64,000 nucleotides of DNA from an uncultured Methylomirabilota bacterium (GTDB taxonomy: Bacteria; Methylomirabilota; Methylomirabilia; Methylomirabilales; 2-02-FULL-66-22). The notes below the pieces were generated by a model. That model was not told where the DNA came from. It made no database searches and saw only the letters and a program-made list of their open reading frames with translations. Made by a program: the position numbers and the translations under genes. Below are positions 1 through 10,214 of the stretch, piece after piece. The stretch spans positions 2,304,001 through 2,368,000 of the forward strand of contig OY970067.1 in the NCBI GenBank assembly GCA_963705305.1, given 5' to 3'. How positions within the stretch are numbered: the first letter of the stretch is position 1; each line of letters opens with the position of its first letter.

Positions 1-2606
1 AGCTTCCCCAGGATCTCGAATTTGTGCTGGCCCGCCTGCAGGGACAGGTGCTGGATAGTGACCGCAGACCCCTTCCAGACGACCTGGACAGGGCCCTGGC
101 TCTCCCAGGACTGCCCTCCCACCTGGAAGCGCAGGGCAGTGAAGCTCGCCTCGCCCGCGCTGCCTTCCAGACGATCGGCCGGGCCGCGCAGGACGATAGT
201 CCCGCTCCCCTGGGCCTGCCAGCGGCGGAGAAGCGGGACATCTGCGATCCGGGAGACCAAATCCAGATCCGCCCTCACCAGGGTGAGCTCCGCCTGGACG
301 GTGCGGTCCGGCGGGGGGCTGAGGACGAGGTGCAGGCGGTACCCTCCTTCTCGGAAGGCGAGGGTTGCATCCAGCGCTTTTTGCTCAAATGTGTACGTGA
401 CCGCCGTCGGGCCCAGGGGGATGCCGCGGTAGGCGAGGGTCTGGGCCGCGACCTGCCCCAGCGTGCGGGTATCTTTCAGCGTCCCCTCCAGGCGCAATTG
501 AAACACGGCCCGCCCGGTCAGCTGGCTGCCGGACAGCGACCCCACGCGGGCGAGATCCATCGGGGTGCTGGACAGGCGCCCCTGGAGGACGCCGTCCTTC
601 CCGATGCCGATCTCGCCGGTTACCTCTTCGCTACCGCGCTGCAGCAGGATCCGCGTGATCCCGATCCCCTGGGGACCGAGTTGGATGAGGGCGGCGCCCT
701 CCCGCCAGGATTCTTCCCAGGTTTGGACGTTCCCCAGCGTCAGGCGGACCTCGCCGCGTGGATCCGCCAGCGTCCCGCTCAGCCGGCCCGAGGCCCGGAA
801 TGTCCCGTGGACCTCCAGCTCTTCGGGAAGGAACGTAATCAAGTCGGCGGTTCGTCCCGGGTTGGCCTCGCCCTGAAGATCGAAGCGGACATCCCGCTTC
901 AGGTCGAGCTGTCGAAGCGGGGTCGCTCCCATGGCCGTGGCGCTGCCGCGCAGGCTGATGGCCGTCCGGCCGAGGCGGAGGGACAGGCGCGCGGTCTTCA
1001 CGGTCCGCCCCGCCAGCGCGATGTCTCCCTGAATGAGGTCGAAGGTCCGAGTGACGAGGTGCGCCTCCCGCCAGGTGAGGGCGCCCCGCAACTGCGGGGC
1101 TGACCGGGTACCGGCCAGCTCACCTCGGAAGGTCACTCTCCCGCCCAAAGGCGGCAGACCGAAACTGTGGGCGATGCCGGTCACATCCCTGAGGTCGGCC
1201 GCGAATGGAACGCGCATCCGGCCGGTTGAGAACTCGAGGCGGCCGCGCCCCCGGACCTCTCCGCCCGGAAGGGTCAGGGTGAAGGGGGTGAGGTCCAGTC
1301 CCGATTCGTCGGCCACGACTCGGGCCTCCAGTCGTCCAGCCGGCCCTTCCCCCGCCAGTCCCAGATCGTCCACGCGAAGCCTGCCGCGGCCACGCAGGGC
1401 GGCCAGGTCCAGCCCCTCTCCCGTCACGTCGATCTCGGCATTCAGCCGGCCCCGCAGATCCTGCGGGGGAGAGATGCCCGCCAGAGCCAGGGCGGCCACG
1501 GGGAGGCCGCGCAGCGACGCCAGGTCGGCGTCCGCGATCGCAAGGTGTGCCCGGAAGATGCGAGTCGCCGCTTCCCAGGTCAATCGCCCCTGAACGGAGC
1601 TCGCCGGCGCTCCCGCACCGGGGGCGGTGGCGAGCTCCAAGCGGCCGTCGGCCCAGGCCAGGGTGAAACGAAACGGCTCCGCAGCGCCCGCTCCGAGTTG
1701 CAGGCTGGCCTCCCCCTGGAAGGCCAGCTGTTCCCACGGCCCCCGCAGCGTTCCCGCCACAGTCGCCAGGCCTTCCGCCTTCCGCTGCAACCCCGCCAGA
1801 TGAAGGAGGGCAGGCAGCGGAGCGCGGATGCCCACCTGAAGGTCGAGCCGGGCCGGCCCCCGTGGATTTCGGATCCGGCCCGTCGCCGTCACCTGGATTC
1901 CGTCCAAGCTGAACTCGGCGGCGCTGACGGTCATGCCCGCCGCCGTCCCGGACAGACGCAGGCCGATTTGATCCACCTGCCGCCTGGCGCCACCCAGGGA
2001 GGCGATTAGGCGGGTCGCATGGAGCGCGGCCGATACGGAGGGAACTCCGTCGGGGGCCGGTTTCCAGTCAAGGCTGCCATACAGATCGGCGAGGGTGCCC
2101 TGCTGCCCGCCGGCGTCCGTCCAGCGCAGGCCTCCGGTCTGGACAACAGCCTGCCGGATGATGACGGGCCATCCGCCTACCGTGAGCGGTTGCGGCTGGA
2201 GCAGGGCGGGGAGAACATCCTGCATAGTCAGTGCGGGAGTCCCAGGGGCTGGCGGCAGGAGGGAGAGCACGGGGTGGGTCAGCGCGATCTGGCGAAGGAG
2301 CAGCCGACCGCGGAAGAGCGCGGTCCAGCTCCAGCGCGCCCGCAGGGCCTCCACCAGAAGGAGGGGCCCTTGGGGGGGCTCCAGCCCACGGGTCACCCGA
2401 ATCCCGTATAGGTCCAGCCGGCCGACCCAGGGCTGCAGGCGCACGTCCGCGATCTTCACCTGACGCCCCAGCGCATGCGTCAGGCCCTCTTCGGCCCAGG
2501 TCAGGACCTGGCGGCGGACGAAGGCCGTCTGGCTCGCGGCATAGACGCCGATGAGCGCTGCCAGCAGGGCGCCGGACGACCAGAGGAGCAGGCGGCGGGT
2601 ACGCAT
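1..2606 (-). CDS. AsmA/TamB-like periplasmic beta-taco protein, 3' end outside the window
   Basis: Not in the ORF track because it has no stop in the window. ATG at 2606 reads MRTRRLLLWSSGALLAALIGVYAASQTAFVRRQVLTWAEEGLTHALGRQVKIADVRLQPW: an N-terminal membrane anchor plus the AsmA-type 'LGRxVxI' start. The frame stays open for more than 860 codons. Confidence 0.7.
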   Translation of the reverse strand, partial: MRTRRLLLWSSGALLAALIGVYAASQTAFVRRQVLTWAEEGLTHALGRQVKIADVRLQPWVGRLDLYGIRVTRGLEPPQGPLLLVEALRARWSWTALFRGRLLLRQIALTHPVLSLLPPAPGTPALTMQDVLPALLQPQPLTVGGWPVIIRQAVVQTGGLRWTDAGGQQGTLADLYGSLDWKPAPDGVPSVSAALHATRLIASLGGARRQVDQIGLRLSGTAAGMTVSAAEFSLDGIQVTATGRIRNPRGPARLDLQVGIRAPLPALLHLAGLQRKAEGLATVAGTLRGPWEQLAFQGEASLQLGAGAAEPFRFTLAWADGRLELATAPGAGAPASSVQGRLTWEAATRIFRAHLAIADADLASLRGLPVAALALAGISPPQDLRGRLNAEIDVTGEGLDLAALRGRGRLRVDDLGLAGEGPAGRLEARVVADESGLDLTPFTLTLPGGEVRGRGRLEFSTGRMRVPFAADLRDVTGIAHSFGLPPLGGRVTFRGELAGTRSAPQLRGALTWREAHLVTRTFDLIQGDIALAGRTVKTARLSLRLGRTAISLRGSATAMGATPLRQLDLKRDVRFDLQGEANPGRTADLITFLPEELEVHGTFRASGRLSGTLADPRGEVRLTLGNVQTWEESWREGAALIQLGPQGIGITRILLQRGSEEVTGEIGIGKDGVLQGRLSSTPMDLARVGSLSGSQLTGRAVFQLRLEGTLKDTRTLGQVAAQTLAYRGIPLGPTAVTYTFEQKALDATLAFREGGYRLHLVLSPPPDRTVQAELTLVRADLDLVSRIADVPLLRRWQAQGSGTIVLRGPADRLEGSAGEASFTALRFQVGGQSWESQGPVQVVWKGSAVTIQHLSLQAGQHKFEILGK

Positions 2607-2619
2607 GGAACGCCTTCAC

Positions 2620-3978
2620 TCAGGGATCGGCCTTGGGGCGGAAGCCGCCAGCCCGCTCCTCGCCCTTTCCTGTGCGCTCCAGCTTGACACGGGCGATGCG
2701 GCGGCCGTCCATCTCCACGATGGTCAGGCGCCAGTCTTCGTAGGTGACGATCTCTCCGCCCCGCGGAATCCGCTGGAGCTGGGACAGGATGAAGCCAGCC
2801 AGCGTCTCGTACTCCGAGGACTCCGGGAACCGGAGATTGTGCTGGTCCGCCAGATCGTGAATGCTGATCGAGGCGTCCACGATGTACGAGCCGTCGCGCA
2901 GCCGCTGGACCGCGCGCGGCTCCCGGTCCGCCTCGTCCTCGATCTCGCCCACGATCTCCTCGATCAGGTCCTCGATGGTGATCAATCCCTCTACCCCCCC
3001 GTACTCGTCTACCACCAGGGCCATGGGCATCCGCCGCTTCTGCATCACCTTGAGCAGCTGGCTGACGTGCACGGTCTCCGGGGCGAAGAAGGCGGGGCGC
3101 AGTATTTCGGCCAGGGCGATCGGCTTCTTCTCCACCAGCAGGCGGAACAGATCCTTGTCGTACAGGATCCCCACCACTTCGTCCAGGCTGTTGCGGTAGA
3201 CGGGGTAGCGCGATTTGCCTGTCTCGATGATGTCGGCGAGGATCTGCTCCACCGGCGTCTCGATGTCAATCGCCTGGATCCGCGGGCGCGGGATCATGAC
3301 ATCCTTGGCCGACGCCTCGGTGAACTCGAACACACTGTGGATGAGCTCCTGCTCTGCCTGGTCGAAGATCCCCTGGGCGCGCCCCTCCCGCAGCAGCTGC
3401 TTGATCTCCTCCTCCGAGACGAAGGCCCGCTCCGCAGCCCCCTTCTGGCCCAGGAGTCGGAGGACCAGCCGGTTGGAGGCGGTGAACACCCGGACCAGGG
3501 GGAACGTCAGATGCGCCAGCCGGTCGAGAGGTCCCGCCACCCAGCAGGCGGCGGGCACGGCGTGGCGGAGGGCCAGCGACTTGGGCGCCAGCTCGCCCAG
3601 GATGAGCATGGCGTACGTGATGGCCACGACGACCAGGGCCAGGGCCACCGGCCCTGCCAGGGACGACAGGAGGGGGACGGGGATCTTGCGGATCAGGGGC
3701 GAGAGGGCGCGCACCGCCGTGGCGCCGCCTACCGCGGAAGCCAGGGTACCGATGAAGGTGACGCCAATCTGGACCGTGGCCAGGAAGCGGTCCGGGTCCT
3801 CCTGGAGGGCGACCACGCGCTTGGCACGGGTGTCCCCTTCGTCCGCCAACTGGTGGATGCGGCTTCGCCGGGCCGAGACCAGCGCGATCTCGGCGCCGGA
3901 GAAGAAGCCGTTCAGCAGGACCAGGATGCCGATGAAGATGGCTTCCAGCCAGAGGTTGGGGAGCACGGAACCCTCCAT
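2620..3978 (-). CDS. HlyC/CorC (CNNM + CBS pair + CorC) family Mg2+/Co2+ transporter-associated protein
   Basis: NGFFSGAEIALVS, FLATVQIGVT, LGELAPKSLA, CBS motifs VMIPR and VVDEYGGVEGLITIEDLIEEIVGEI, C-terminal YETLAGF. Confidence 0.92.
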   Translation of the reverse strand: MEGSVLPNLWLEAIFIGILVLLNGFFSGAEIALVSARRSRIHQLADEGDTRAKRVVALQEDPDRFLATVQIGVTFIGTLASAVGGATAVRALSPLIRKIPVPLLSSLAGPVALALVVVAITYAMLILGELAPKSLALRHAVPAACWVAGPLDRLAHLTFPLVRVFTASNRLVLRLLGQKGAAERAFVSEEEIKQLLREGRAQGIFDQAEQELIHSVFEFTEASAKDVMIPRPRIQAIDIETPVEQILADIIETGKSRYPVYRNSLDEVVGILYDKDLFRLLVEKKPIALAEILRPAFFAPETVHVSQLLKVMQKRRMPMALVVDEYGGVEGLITIEDLIEEIVGEIEDEADREPRAVQRLRDGSYIVDASISIHDLADQHNLRFPESSEYETLAGFILSQLQRIPRGGEIVTYEDWRLTIVEMDGRRIARVKLERTGKGEERAGGFRPKADP

Positions 3979-4005
3979 GCGATTCTCCTCGTCCGCCGGC
4001 CGCGA

Positions 4006-4629
4006 CTACGCATCCTGCTTGGGCAGCTCCTGCCGCAGCACGTGCGGGGTGCTGATGCCTCCGGAGAGGATGATCTGGATCCCCTGGGGCACCGTCAGGC
4101 GGGTCAGGATGACTTCCTCGCGGCGGACCAGCACGATATCTCCCAGGTAGAGGTGGTTGGTGGGGACGTACACGGCCACCAAAGGCTCCGTCTCCCCGGT
4201 TCCCCGCTGCAGGTCCACCTCGCTGGTGAGAAAGCCGAAGGAGTAGCGTCCCTTCTCCCGGGTGGGGACGAGGACGAACTCGCGGAAAGCGACCTGATTG
4301 TCGGGGGAAAAGGCGTTCAGCAGCTGCTTCACCGCCGAGTAGATGTTGCGGAAGATGGGGATCCGGTACAGCAGGAGGTCCATCCACCCCAGGATCCGGC
4401 GACCGACCACGTTGGTCGCGAAGAATCCCATGAGGATGACCAGCAGGATCGCCACCAGGAGCCCCAGGCCGGGAAGGCGCATGGGGAAGGTGTCGGAGAT
4501 GAGCGGGGCCAGGAGGCCGTCCACGAAGTCGAACAGCTCCCAGAACGTCCAGACGCTCACCGCGAGCGGAACGATGACCAGGAGGCCGGTGATGAACTTG
4601 ATCTGCAACTGCCGTCGAAGTTTGCCCAT
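4006..4629 (-). CDS. DUF502 family membrane protein
   Basis: FITGLLVIVPL, two TM helices, RIPIFRNIYSAVKQ, VYVPT, ILSGG. Confidence 0.88.
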   Translation of the reverse strand: MGKLRRQLQIKFITGLLVIVPLAVSVWTFWELFDFVDGLLAPLISDTFPMRLPGLGLLVAILLVILMGFFATNVVGRRILGWMDLLLYRIPIFRNIYSAVKQLLNAFSPDNQVAFREFVLVPTREKGRYSFGFLTSEVDLQRGTGETEPLVAVYVPTNHLYLGDIVLVRREEVILTRLTVPQGIQIILSGGISTPHVLRQELPKQDA

Positions 4630-4673
4630 GACAAGACCGGGGGTTATGAGTTATAAGCCGGCGCTTTGCCGGG

Positions 4674-7169
4674 TCACGGCCAGTTGGCCGGATCTCGGTT
4701 GAACGGCTCCTCCAGCGGCTTGAGCCGCTCGCGCACGTCGTCCGTACGAAGGTTGAGACGGCCGGCCACGGCCAGGATGGACGTCACCTGCCGGTAGGCC
4801 GGGTCGCCGGCGTCCCGCAACCCGGCCACCAGGCCGGGGACGCGCGTTCGGAGCAGGGCAAACACCGCCATCCGCAGCTCCTGCTCCGGCAGGCCGAGCC
4901 CGAGGCGCCCGCCGATGTGGAGCAGATCGAGAAACTGCTGCCAGACCTCCGGGGCGGACGAGTCGGCGATGGCGGCCAGGCGGGCGCAGAGCATCCGCCC
5001 GAACGCCGTCGAGGAGGCATCCAGGTCGAGACGGAGCCCAAGGTGCCTGGCCCGGTCCGCCAGATCCACCACGGCTGCGTAGCGCTGAGGGTTGGACACC
5101 TCGGCGAGGGCGACCATGGCCTGGAGCACCTGGCGCGACCAGTCCTCCTCGAGCGCGGCCCGCATCCAGGCCGGCAGCGGCATGCCGGCCTCCGCCATGA
5201 CCTCGGCGAGCGGCAGCGCGTCCAGGCCCACCCGGTGAAGCGACTCCCGCAGGCCGGCCAAGCTTCCGGCCATCAGCTCGGCCAGGGCGGCATGCCGCTC
5301 GTCGGGGGGGAAGTCCCGCAGGCGAACGAGTTGCGTCCGGTATCGCCCGCTCCAGGCCGTCAGGTCCGCGCCTGTCGCGCCCAGGGCCGCCCGGCTGTCC
5401 GCTATGTATTGCGGCCAGGCCTCGGGGGCCGGCCGGGGGCCGATGCCGGCCAGGAAATCGAACCGGCCGTCCCGGCGGCAAGCGGCGCCAAGGTTCAGCG
5501 TTTCGCCAGTGATCTCGGAGACCGCCTGAACTCCCGCCAGCAGCAGGGCGCCCTCCTGGACGACCGGATCCAGCTTCAGCTGCCATCGGTAGCGGGTCTG
5601 CGGGGCGACGGTGCGGCCGAGCAGGCCGTCCAGGAGGGCGCGGGCGGCGGCCAGCTCGGGCGTGAAACGGGAAGGGCGGACCTGGCGCTCCCAGATCGCG
5701 CGCCCGTCTCCGTGCTCCGGAACGTTGCTCTTGGCCCGGGCCAGCTCATCGAGCAGAATCGCCTCCAGATCGAGGGGCGCGAAGGGGGCCGCCAGCTCGA
5801 TGGCCCGGGCCGCGTAGCGGAGGTTCTGCACCGTCTCGATCCCCGAGATGTCGGCGAAGAACCAGCCGCAGCTGGTGTACATGAGCATAGCCTGGTGCTG
5901 CATCTCGAGGAGACGCAAGGCCCGGCCGCGCTCGTCCCGGGTCAACGATCGGACCTGGTGCCCCGCGAAGAAGGCCTCGCGGACGGATTCCCGCGGGTCC
6001 AGCAGGAGATCGATGTAGGCGTCGCGGGCCTCCCAGGGATCCCGGAAGAGCGTCTCCCCCTCGTCCTGAAAGAGATCGGCCAAAATGTCCCGCAGGCGGT
6101 CCAGGCCCCGCCGCAGCGGCGCCCGCCACGCCTGGCTCCAGCCGGGTCCGCCGCCCGTGCTGCACCCGCAGTCCTCGCGCCAGCGGCCGACACCGTGCGA
6201 GCAGCTCCAGGCGCTCTCCGGGAGCAAATCCACCTCCCAGGCGGGGCGGTGGCTCGCCAGGTAGGCGGCCAGGTTCGTGGGCTGGAAGTCGTGCCGCGGG
6301 GCCTCGCGGGTGAACAGCCTGGCCAGGCACATGTCGCCGAACGGCTCGTGGTGGCCGAACGACTCTCCGTCCGTGGCAATCAGGATCAGCGGATCGGCCT
6401 CGCTGGCCGCCGCCTCCTCGATCCGTCTCGCCAGGAGATCCGCGTCCTTGAGGGTGTGCTGGAAGCTGATCCCGCGAGACAGCGGGGCATGGTAGAAGCA
6501 GATGTCGATGCCCAGATCCCCTTGGGGCCGCCCATCCGCGTCGCGCAGGAGCCAGCGGTAGGGCCGGCGGGGATCCAGCTCGGCGCTCCCGCGAGTGAGC
6601 CACGCCTCCTGGCCCAGCGGTCGCCAGCGCGCCGCCTGCGCCGGGGAGAGGATGGCGTAGCGCATGCCGGCCCGGATCAAGAGCTCTAGGGTGAGGGCAT
6701 CCACCGCCGTCTCGGGCAGCCACATGGCCTCGGGATCGCGGCCGAAGCGGTGGCGAAACTCGCGGACCCCCCAGACGATCTGGGTCCAGCGGTCGCGCCG
6801 GGTCGCCAGCGGGAGGATCATGTGATTATACGCCTGGGCGACGGCATTGCCGTGGCCCAGGCGGGACAGGCTGCGGCGATCCGCCTCCTGCAGGGACGTC
6901 CACACGTCGGGGGCGGCCCCCGCCAGCCAGGAGAGCAGTGTGGGCCCGAAATTGAAGCTGAGGAACTCGTAGGTGTTGACGAAATCCTGGATCTGCCCCC
7001 GCGCATCGAGCACCGGGGAGCGGGCGTTGGGCGCGTAGCACTCCCCCAGAATCCGCCGGTTCCAGTCGTGGGCAGGGGCGGCGCTGGGCTGGCGCTCGAT
7101 GACTCCCGTCCAGGGATTCTCGCGGGGAGGCTGGTAGAAGTGACCGTGGATGACCACATGCATCGCCAT
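4674..7169 (-). CDS. Glycoside hydrolase family 57 protein with DUF3536
   Basis: IHGHFYQPPRENPW, SFNFGPTL, AQAYNHMILPL, MWLPETAVD, ATDGESFGHH, WSCSHGVGRW, MYTSCGWFF; start trimmed to the ATG at 7169. Confidence 0.88.
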   Translation of the reverse strand: MAMHVVIHGHFYQPPRENPWTGVIERQPSAAPAHDWNRRILGECYAPNARSPVLDARGQIQDFVNTYEFLSFNFGPTLLSWLAGAAPDVWTSLQEADRRSLSRLGHGNAVAQAYNHMILPLATRRDRWTQIVWGVREFRHRFGRDPEAMWLPETAVDALTLELLIRAGMRYAILSPAQAARWRPLGQEAWLTRGSAELDPRRPYRWLLRDADGRPQGDLGIDICFYHAPLSRGISFQHTLKDADLLARRIEEAAASEADPLILIATDGESFGHHEPFGDMCLARLFTREAPRHDFQPTNLAAYLASHRPAWEVDLLPESAWSCSHGVGRWREDCGCSTGGGPGWSQAWRAPLRRGLDRLRDILADLFQDEGETLFRDPWEARDAYIDLLLDPRESVREAFFAGHQVRSLTRDERGRALRLLEMQHQAMLMYTSCGWFFADISGIETVQNLRYAARAIELAAPFAPLDLEAILLDELARAKSNVPEHGDGRAIWERQVRPSRFTPELAAARALLDGLLGRTVAPQTRYRWQLKLDPVVQEGALLLAGVQAVSEITGETLNLGAACRRDGRFDFLAGIGPRPAPEAWPQYIADSRAALGATGADLTAWSGRYRTQLVRLRDFPPDERHAALAELMAGSLAGLRESLHRVGLDALPLAEVMAEAGMPLPAWMRAALEEDWSRQVLQAMVALAEVSNPQRYAAVVDLADRARHLGLRLDLDASSTAFGRMLCARLAAIADSSAPEVWQQFLDLLHIGGRLGLGLPEQELRMAVFALLRTRVPGLVAGLRDAGDPAYRQVTSILAVAGRLNLRTDDVRERLKPLEEPFNRDPANWP

Positions 7170-7234
7170 ATTCTGGTTGGCTCGCCGGCCGGCGCCGGAC
7201 CCCGGATGGCCCGGCATGCACGCGCCGAGGCTGG

Positions 7235-8437
7235 CTACGGCGATTTTTGCGCCCCCTCGTCTCGAGTCGCGCGGATCAGGCTCCGCAGCAGGAAGCTCCG
7301 CTGGGCTCCGCGGAGAAGGGCCGACAGGTCCTCGTAGACCGTGGGGTCTTCCAGGAGCGCGCCGAGGGTTCCCTGCCCCTGGCGAAGCTGCTCCGCAATC
7401 GCCTGCAGGTCCGATGCGGCGCGCTTCACGTCCACCGCCGCCGCCCGCACGTCCGTGACCGCCCCCTGGACATCACCCAGCGTCTTGGCCCCCTCGGGAT
7501 CGAACAGCAGGGTGGGGAGGAGCCCCTTCCCCGTACGGGCCGCCTGCGTCAGCGCCTCCAACTGCTGGCTGGCCTGCTCCAGGTGGGTCAGGATCTCGGC
7601 GCGCTGCGGGTCGTACAGCAAGGCGTGCAGCAGGCCGTGACCCTCCCGGGCCTCGCGGACGAGATCGTCCACATCGGCGAGGGTCTGGGTCAGCCGCCCC
7701 AGGGTCTGGTCCGGCGGGTTGTAGATCAGCGCGTGCAGCAGCCCCCGCTCGGTCTCCATGGCGTGAGCAACCCGCTCCAGGGACTGCATCGTGCGGTCCA
7801 TCCGGACCAGGAGGTTGGCCCCCTCCGGCCCGTAGATGATGTCGTGCAGCAGCCCCTGCCCCTTCTCCACCTCCACCAGCGTGGTGCGGAGGGAGCGCAC
7901 GGCCTCGCTCAGGTTCTGGCCCTCCGCCTTCCCGCCCCCCGACAGGAACTCGTCCAGCGAGGCGCTGATCCGGGTGACGTGGTCGAGAATGGTGTTTCCC
8001 TTTTGCAGCAGGGCGGAGTAGTCCATCGGGTTCACGCTCTCCAGCGCCCCGCCCGGGGGAACGACGGGCAGGTCGGAGCTTCCGACCGTGATGTCGAGCA
8101 CCTTGTCCCCCACCAGCCCGATGGTGCCGATGCTGGCCACCGAGTCCTGCCGGATGCGGTCCTGCACCCGTCGCTCGATGCTCAGGGTGACCTGAATGCG
8201 ACGGTTGCTGAGGGTCGGGCTGAAGCCGATCCGGGTGACGTTCCCCACCGCGACGCCGGCCAGGCGGACGGGCGAGCCCTCCACCAGGCCTTCCGTCGTG
8301 CTGAAGGAGGTGGAGAGGGAGTACCGCTGCTGAAACAAGGCGCTCCGGCTGCCGATGGACAGGACGAAGGCCACGAACAGGAAGATCGCCGTCAGGACGA
8401 AGGCTCCGATGCGAAGCTGCAGCTGTCGTTCGGTCAT
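7235..8437 (-). CDS. mlaD: MlaD/MCE family lipid-transport protein with a long helical extension
   Basis: N-terminal TM, GLVEGSPVRLAGVAVGNV, IGTIGLVGDKVLDI (MCE signature); follows mlaE and mlaF. Confidence 0.9.
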   Translation of the reverse strand: MTERQLQLRIGAFVLTAIFLFVAFVLSIGSRSALFQQRYSLSTSFSTTEGLVEGSPVRLAGVAVGNVTRIGFSPTLSNRRIQVTLSIERRVQDRIRQDSVASIGTIGLVGDKVLDITVGSSDLPVVPPGGALESVNPMDYSALLQKGNTILDHVTRISASLDEFLSGGGKAEGQNLSEAVRSLRTTLVEVEKGQGLLHDIIYGPEGANLLVRMDRTMQSLERVAHAMETERGLLHALIYNPPDQTLGRLTQTLADVDDLVREAREGHGLLHALLYDPQRAEILTHLEQASQQLEALTQAARTGKGLLPTLLFDPEGAKTLGDVQGAVTDVRAAAVDVKRAASDLQAIAEQLRQGQGTLGALLEDPTVYEDLSALLRGAQRSFLLRSLIRATRDEGAQKSP

Positions 8438-8481
8438 CGCGGCTCCATCCCACTCCGCGTTCAGCCCCGGCGCTGCGCCCG

Positions 8482-9300
8482 TCAGCGGTGGGTCGCCCCC
8501 CCGCCCGCGTGCCCGGCGATGAAATCGCGGATGAGCGAGTCGTGCGTGGACTGGATCTCTTCCGGCGTCCCGATGGCGGCGATCCGCCCCTCCTTGAGCA
8601 TGGCCAGGCGGTCCGAGACCTTCAGGGCGCTCGCCATGTCGTGCGTGACGACCACCGAGGTCACCCCCAGCTTCCGCTGCAGGTCCAGAATCAATTCGGT
8701 GATCTTCTCCACGTTGGTCGGGTCCAGACCCGTCGTCGGCTCGTCGTAGAGCAGGATACGGGGAGGCAAGGCAACGGCCCTGGCCATGGCCACGCGCTTG
8801 CGCATCCCCCCCGACAGGTCGGTCGGATCCATGGCCTGGATCTGATCGAGCCCCACGAGTCCCAGCACCTCCCGCACGCGGTCCTGGATTGCGGCCTCGC
8901 TCCAGGTGGTGTGCTCGCGCAGGGCGAAGGCCACATTCTCGCCGACACTGAGGGAATCGAAGAGGGCCGATCCCTGGAAGACCATGCCCACGCCCTGCCG
9001 GACTCCGAGCAGCTCCTGCTCTGACAGCGGGACGATGTCCCGGCCCTCCAGGAGGATCTGGCCCGCGTCGGGCTTGAGGAGGCCGATCATGAGCCGCAGC
9101 AGGACGCTCTTGCCGGTTCCGCTGCCGCCGATGATGGTGAGCGACTCACCGGTCCGGATGCCGAGGTCCAGGCCGCGCAGGACGTGATTCTCCTCGAAAG
9201 ACTTGTAGACGCCCTTGAGCTCGAGGGCCATCCCGTCCGGCGCCGCCCGGGCCGGGGCGCCCCGTTCCGGCGCGGGGGCAGACCCGCGTCCAGGCGTCAC
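8482..9300 (-). CDS. mlaF: MlaF-type ABC transporter ATP-binding protein
   Basis: GGSGTGKS, LSGGMRKRVAMARA, LLYDEPTTGLDP, VVTHD; the GTG at 9300 overlaps the mlaE stop (ATG at 9231 is an alternative start). Confidence 0.92.
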   Translation of the reverse strand: MTPGRGSAPAPERGAPARAAPDGMALELKGVYKSFEENHVLRGLDLGIRTGESLTIIGGSGTGKSVLLRLMIGLLKPDAGQILLEGRDIVPLSEQELLGVRQGVGMVFQGSALFDSLSVGENVAFALREHTTWSEAAIQDRVREVLGLVGLDQIQAMDPTDLSGGMRKRVAMARAVALPPRILLYDEPTTGLDPTNVEKITELILDLQRKLGVTSVVVTHDMASALKVSDRLAMLKEGRIAAIGTPEEIQSTHDSLIRDFIAGHAGGGATHR

Positions 9301-10094
9301 CACCCCTCCAACCACCAAAAGAATTTGGTGAGAAAAAAGTCGGAGACAAAAACGACCAGCGAGGCGGTCACGACCGTCGTGGTGGTGGCACGGCCGAGGC
9401 CCTCCGTGCCTCCCCGGGTGGCGAGACCATTGTAGCATCCTATCAGCCCGATGAGGAATCCGAAGACCACCGTCTTGCCCAGGCCGCTCAGCATGTCCGC
9501 CAGGCGAATGTACTGGACCAGGGTGTTGTAATACTGGTGGTAGTCCACCTGGAACTCATACTGCGTGATCACCATCCCCCCGAACACGCCCAGCGTGTTG
9601 GCGATCATGGTGAGCAGGGGAAGAGACAGCATGGTGATCAGCACCCGGGGCACCACCAGCTTCTTGATGTAGTTCACGCCCAGCGCCCGCATGGCGTCGA
9701 TCTGCTCGGTGACCTTCATGGCCCCCAGCTCGGCCGTGAAGCCCGAGCCGACCCGACCGCCGACCAGGATGGCGGTGACGACCGGTCCCAGCTCCCGCAC
9801 CATGCTCAGGCCGACGATGATCCCCACCGTCCCCTTGGCGCCGAAGCGGGCCAGCCCGTAGGTCGTCTGCAGGGCCAGCACCAGCCCCACGAAGAGGCCG
9901 GCCACGCTGACGATCGAGACGGATCGCACGCCGATGTCGTCCATCTGGGAGATCAGCAGTCGCAGCGAATAGGGCGGGGTGACGGCCTGGTAGAGGGTCT
10001 GCCCGGCCAGGACGGACAGGCCGCCCAGGTCGGCGATCAGGCGCAGCCCGCGCCGTCCCAGCTCATCGAGGAACTCTCGCATCGGAGGTCTCAT
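9297..10094 (-). CDS. mlaE: MlaE-type ABC transporter permease
   Basis: RELGPVVTAILVGGRVGS, ELGAMKVTEQIDAMRALG, GLGRATTTTVV; start at 10094 or 10082. Confidence 0.92.
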   Translation of the reverse strand: MRPPMREFLDELGRRGLRLIADLGGLSVLAGQTLYQAVTPPYSLRLLISQMDDIGVRSVSIVSVAGLFVGLVLALQTTYGLARFGAKGTVGIIVGLSMVRELGPVVTAILVGGRVGSGFTAELGAMKVTEQIDAMRALGVNYIKKLVVPRVLITMLSLPLLTMIANTLGVFGGMVITQYEFQVDYHQYYNTLVQYIRLADMLSGLGKTVVFGFLIGLIGCYNGLATRGGTEGLGRATTTTVVTASLVVFVSDFFLTKFFWWLEGW

Positions 10095-10214
10095 AGGCTC
10101 AGGAGGATCTCCGCCGCCGCGGGCCGCCTTCCTTCGGACGGGTGCGACCGGAAGGGTACGCGCCGCCGGCGCCTGTGCGCCCCACTCTCCGCAGGGCACG
10201 AGGCGGTCGGCGGA

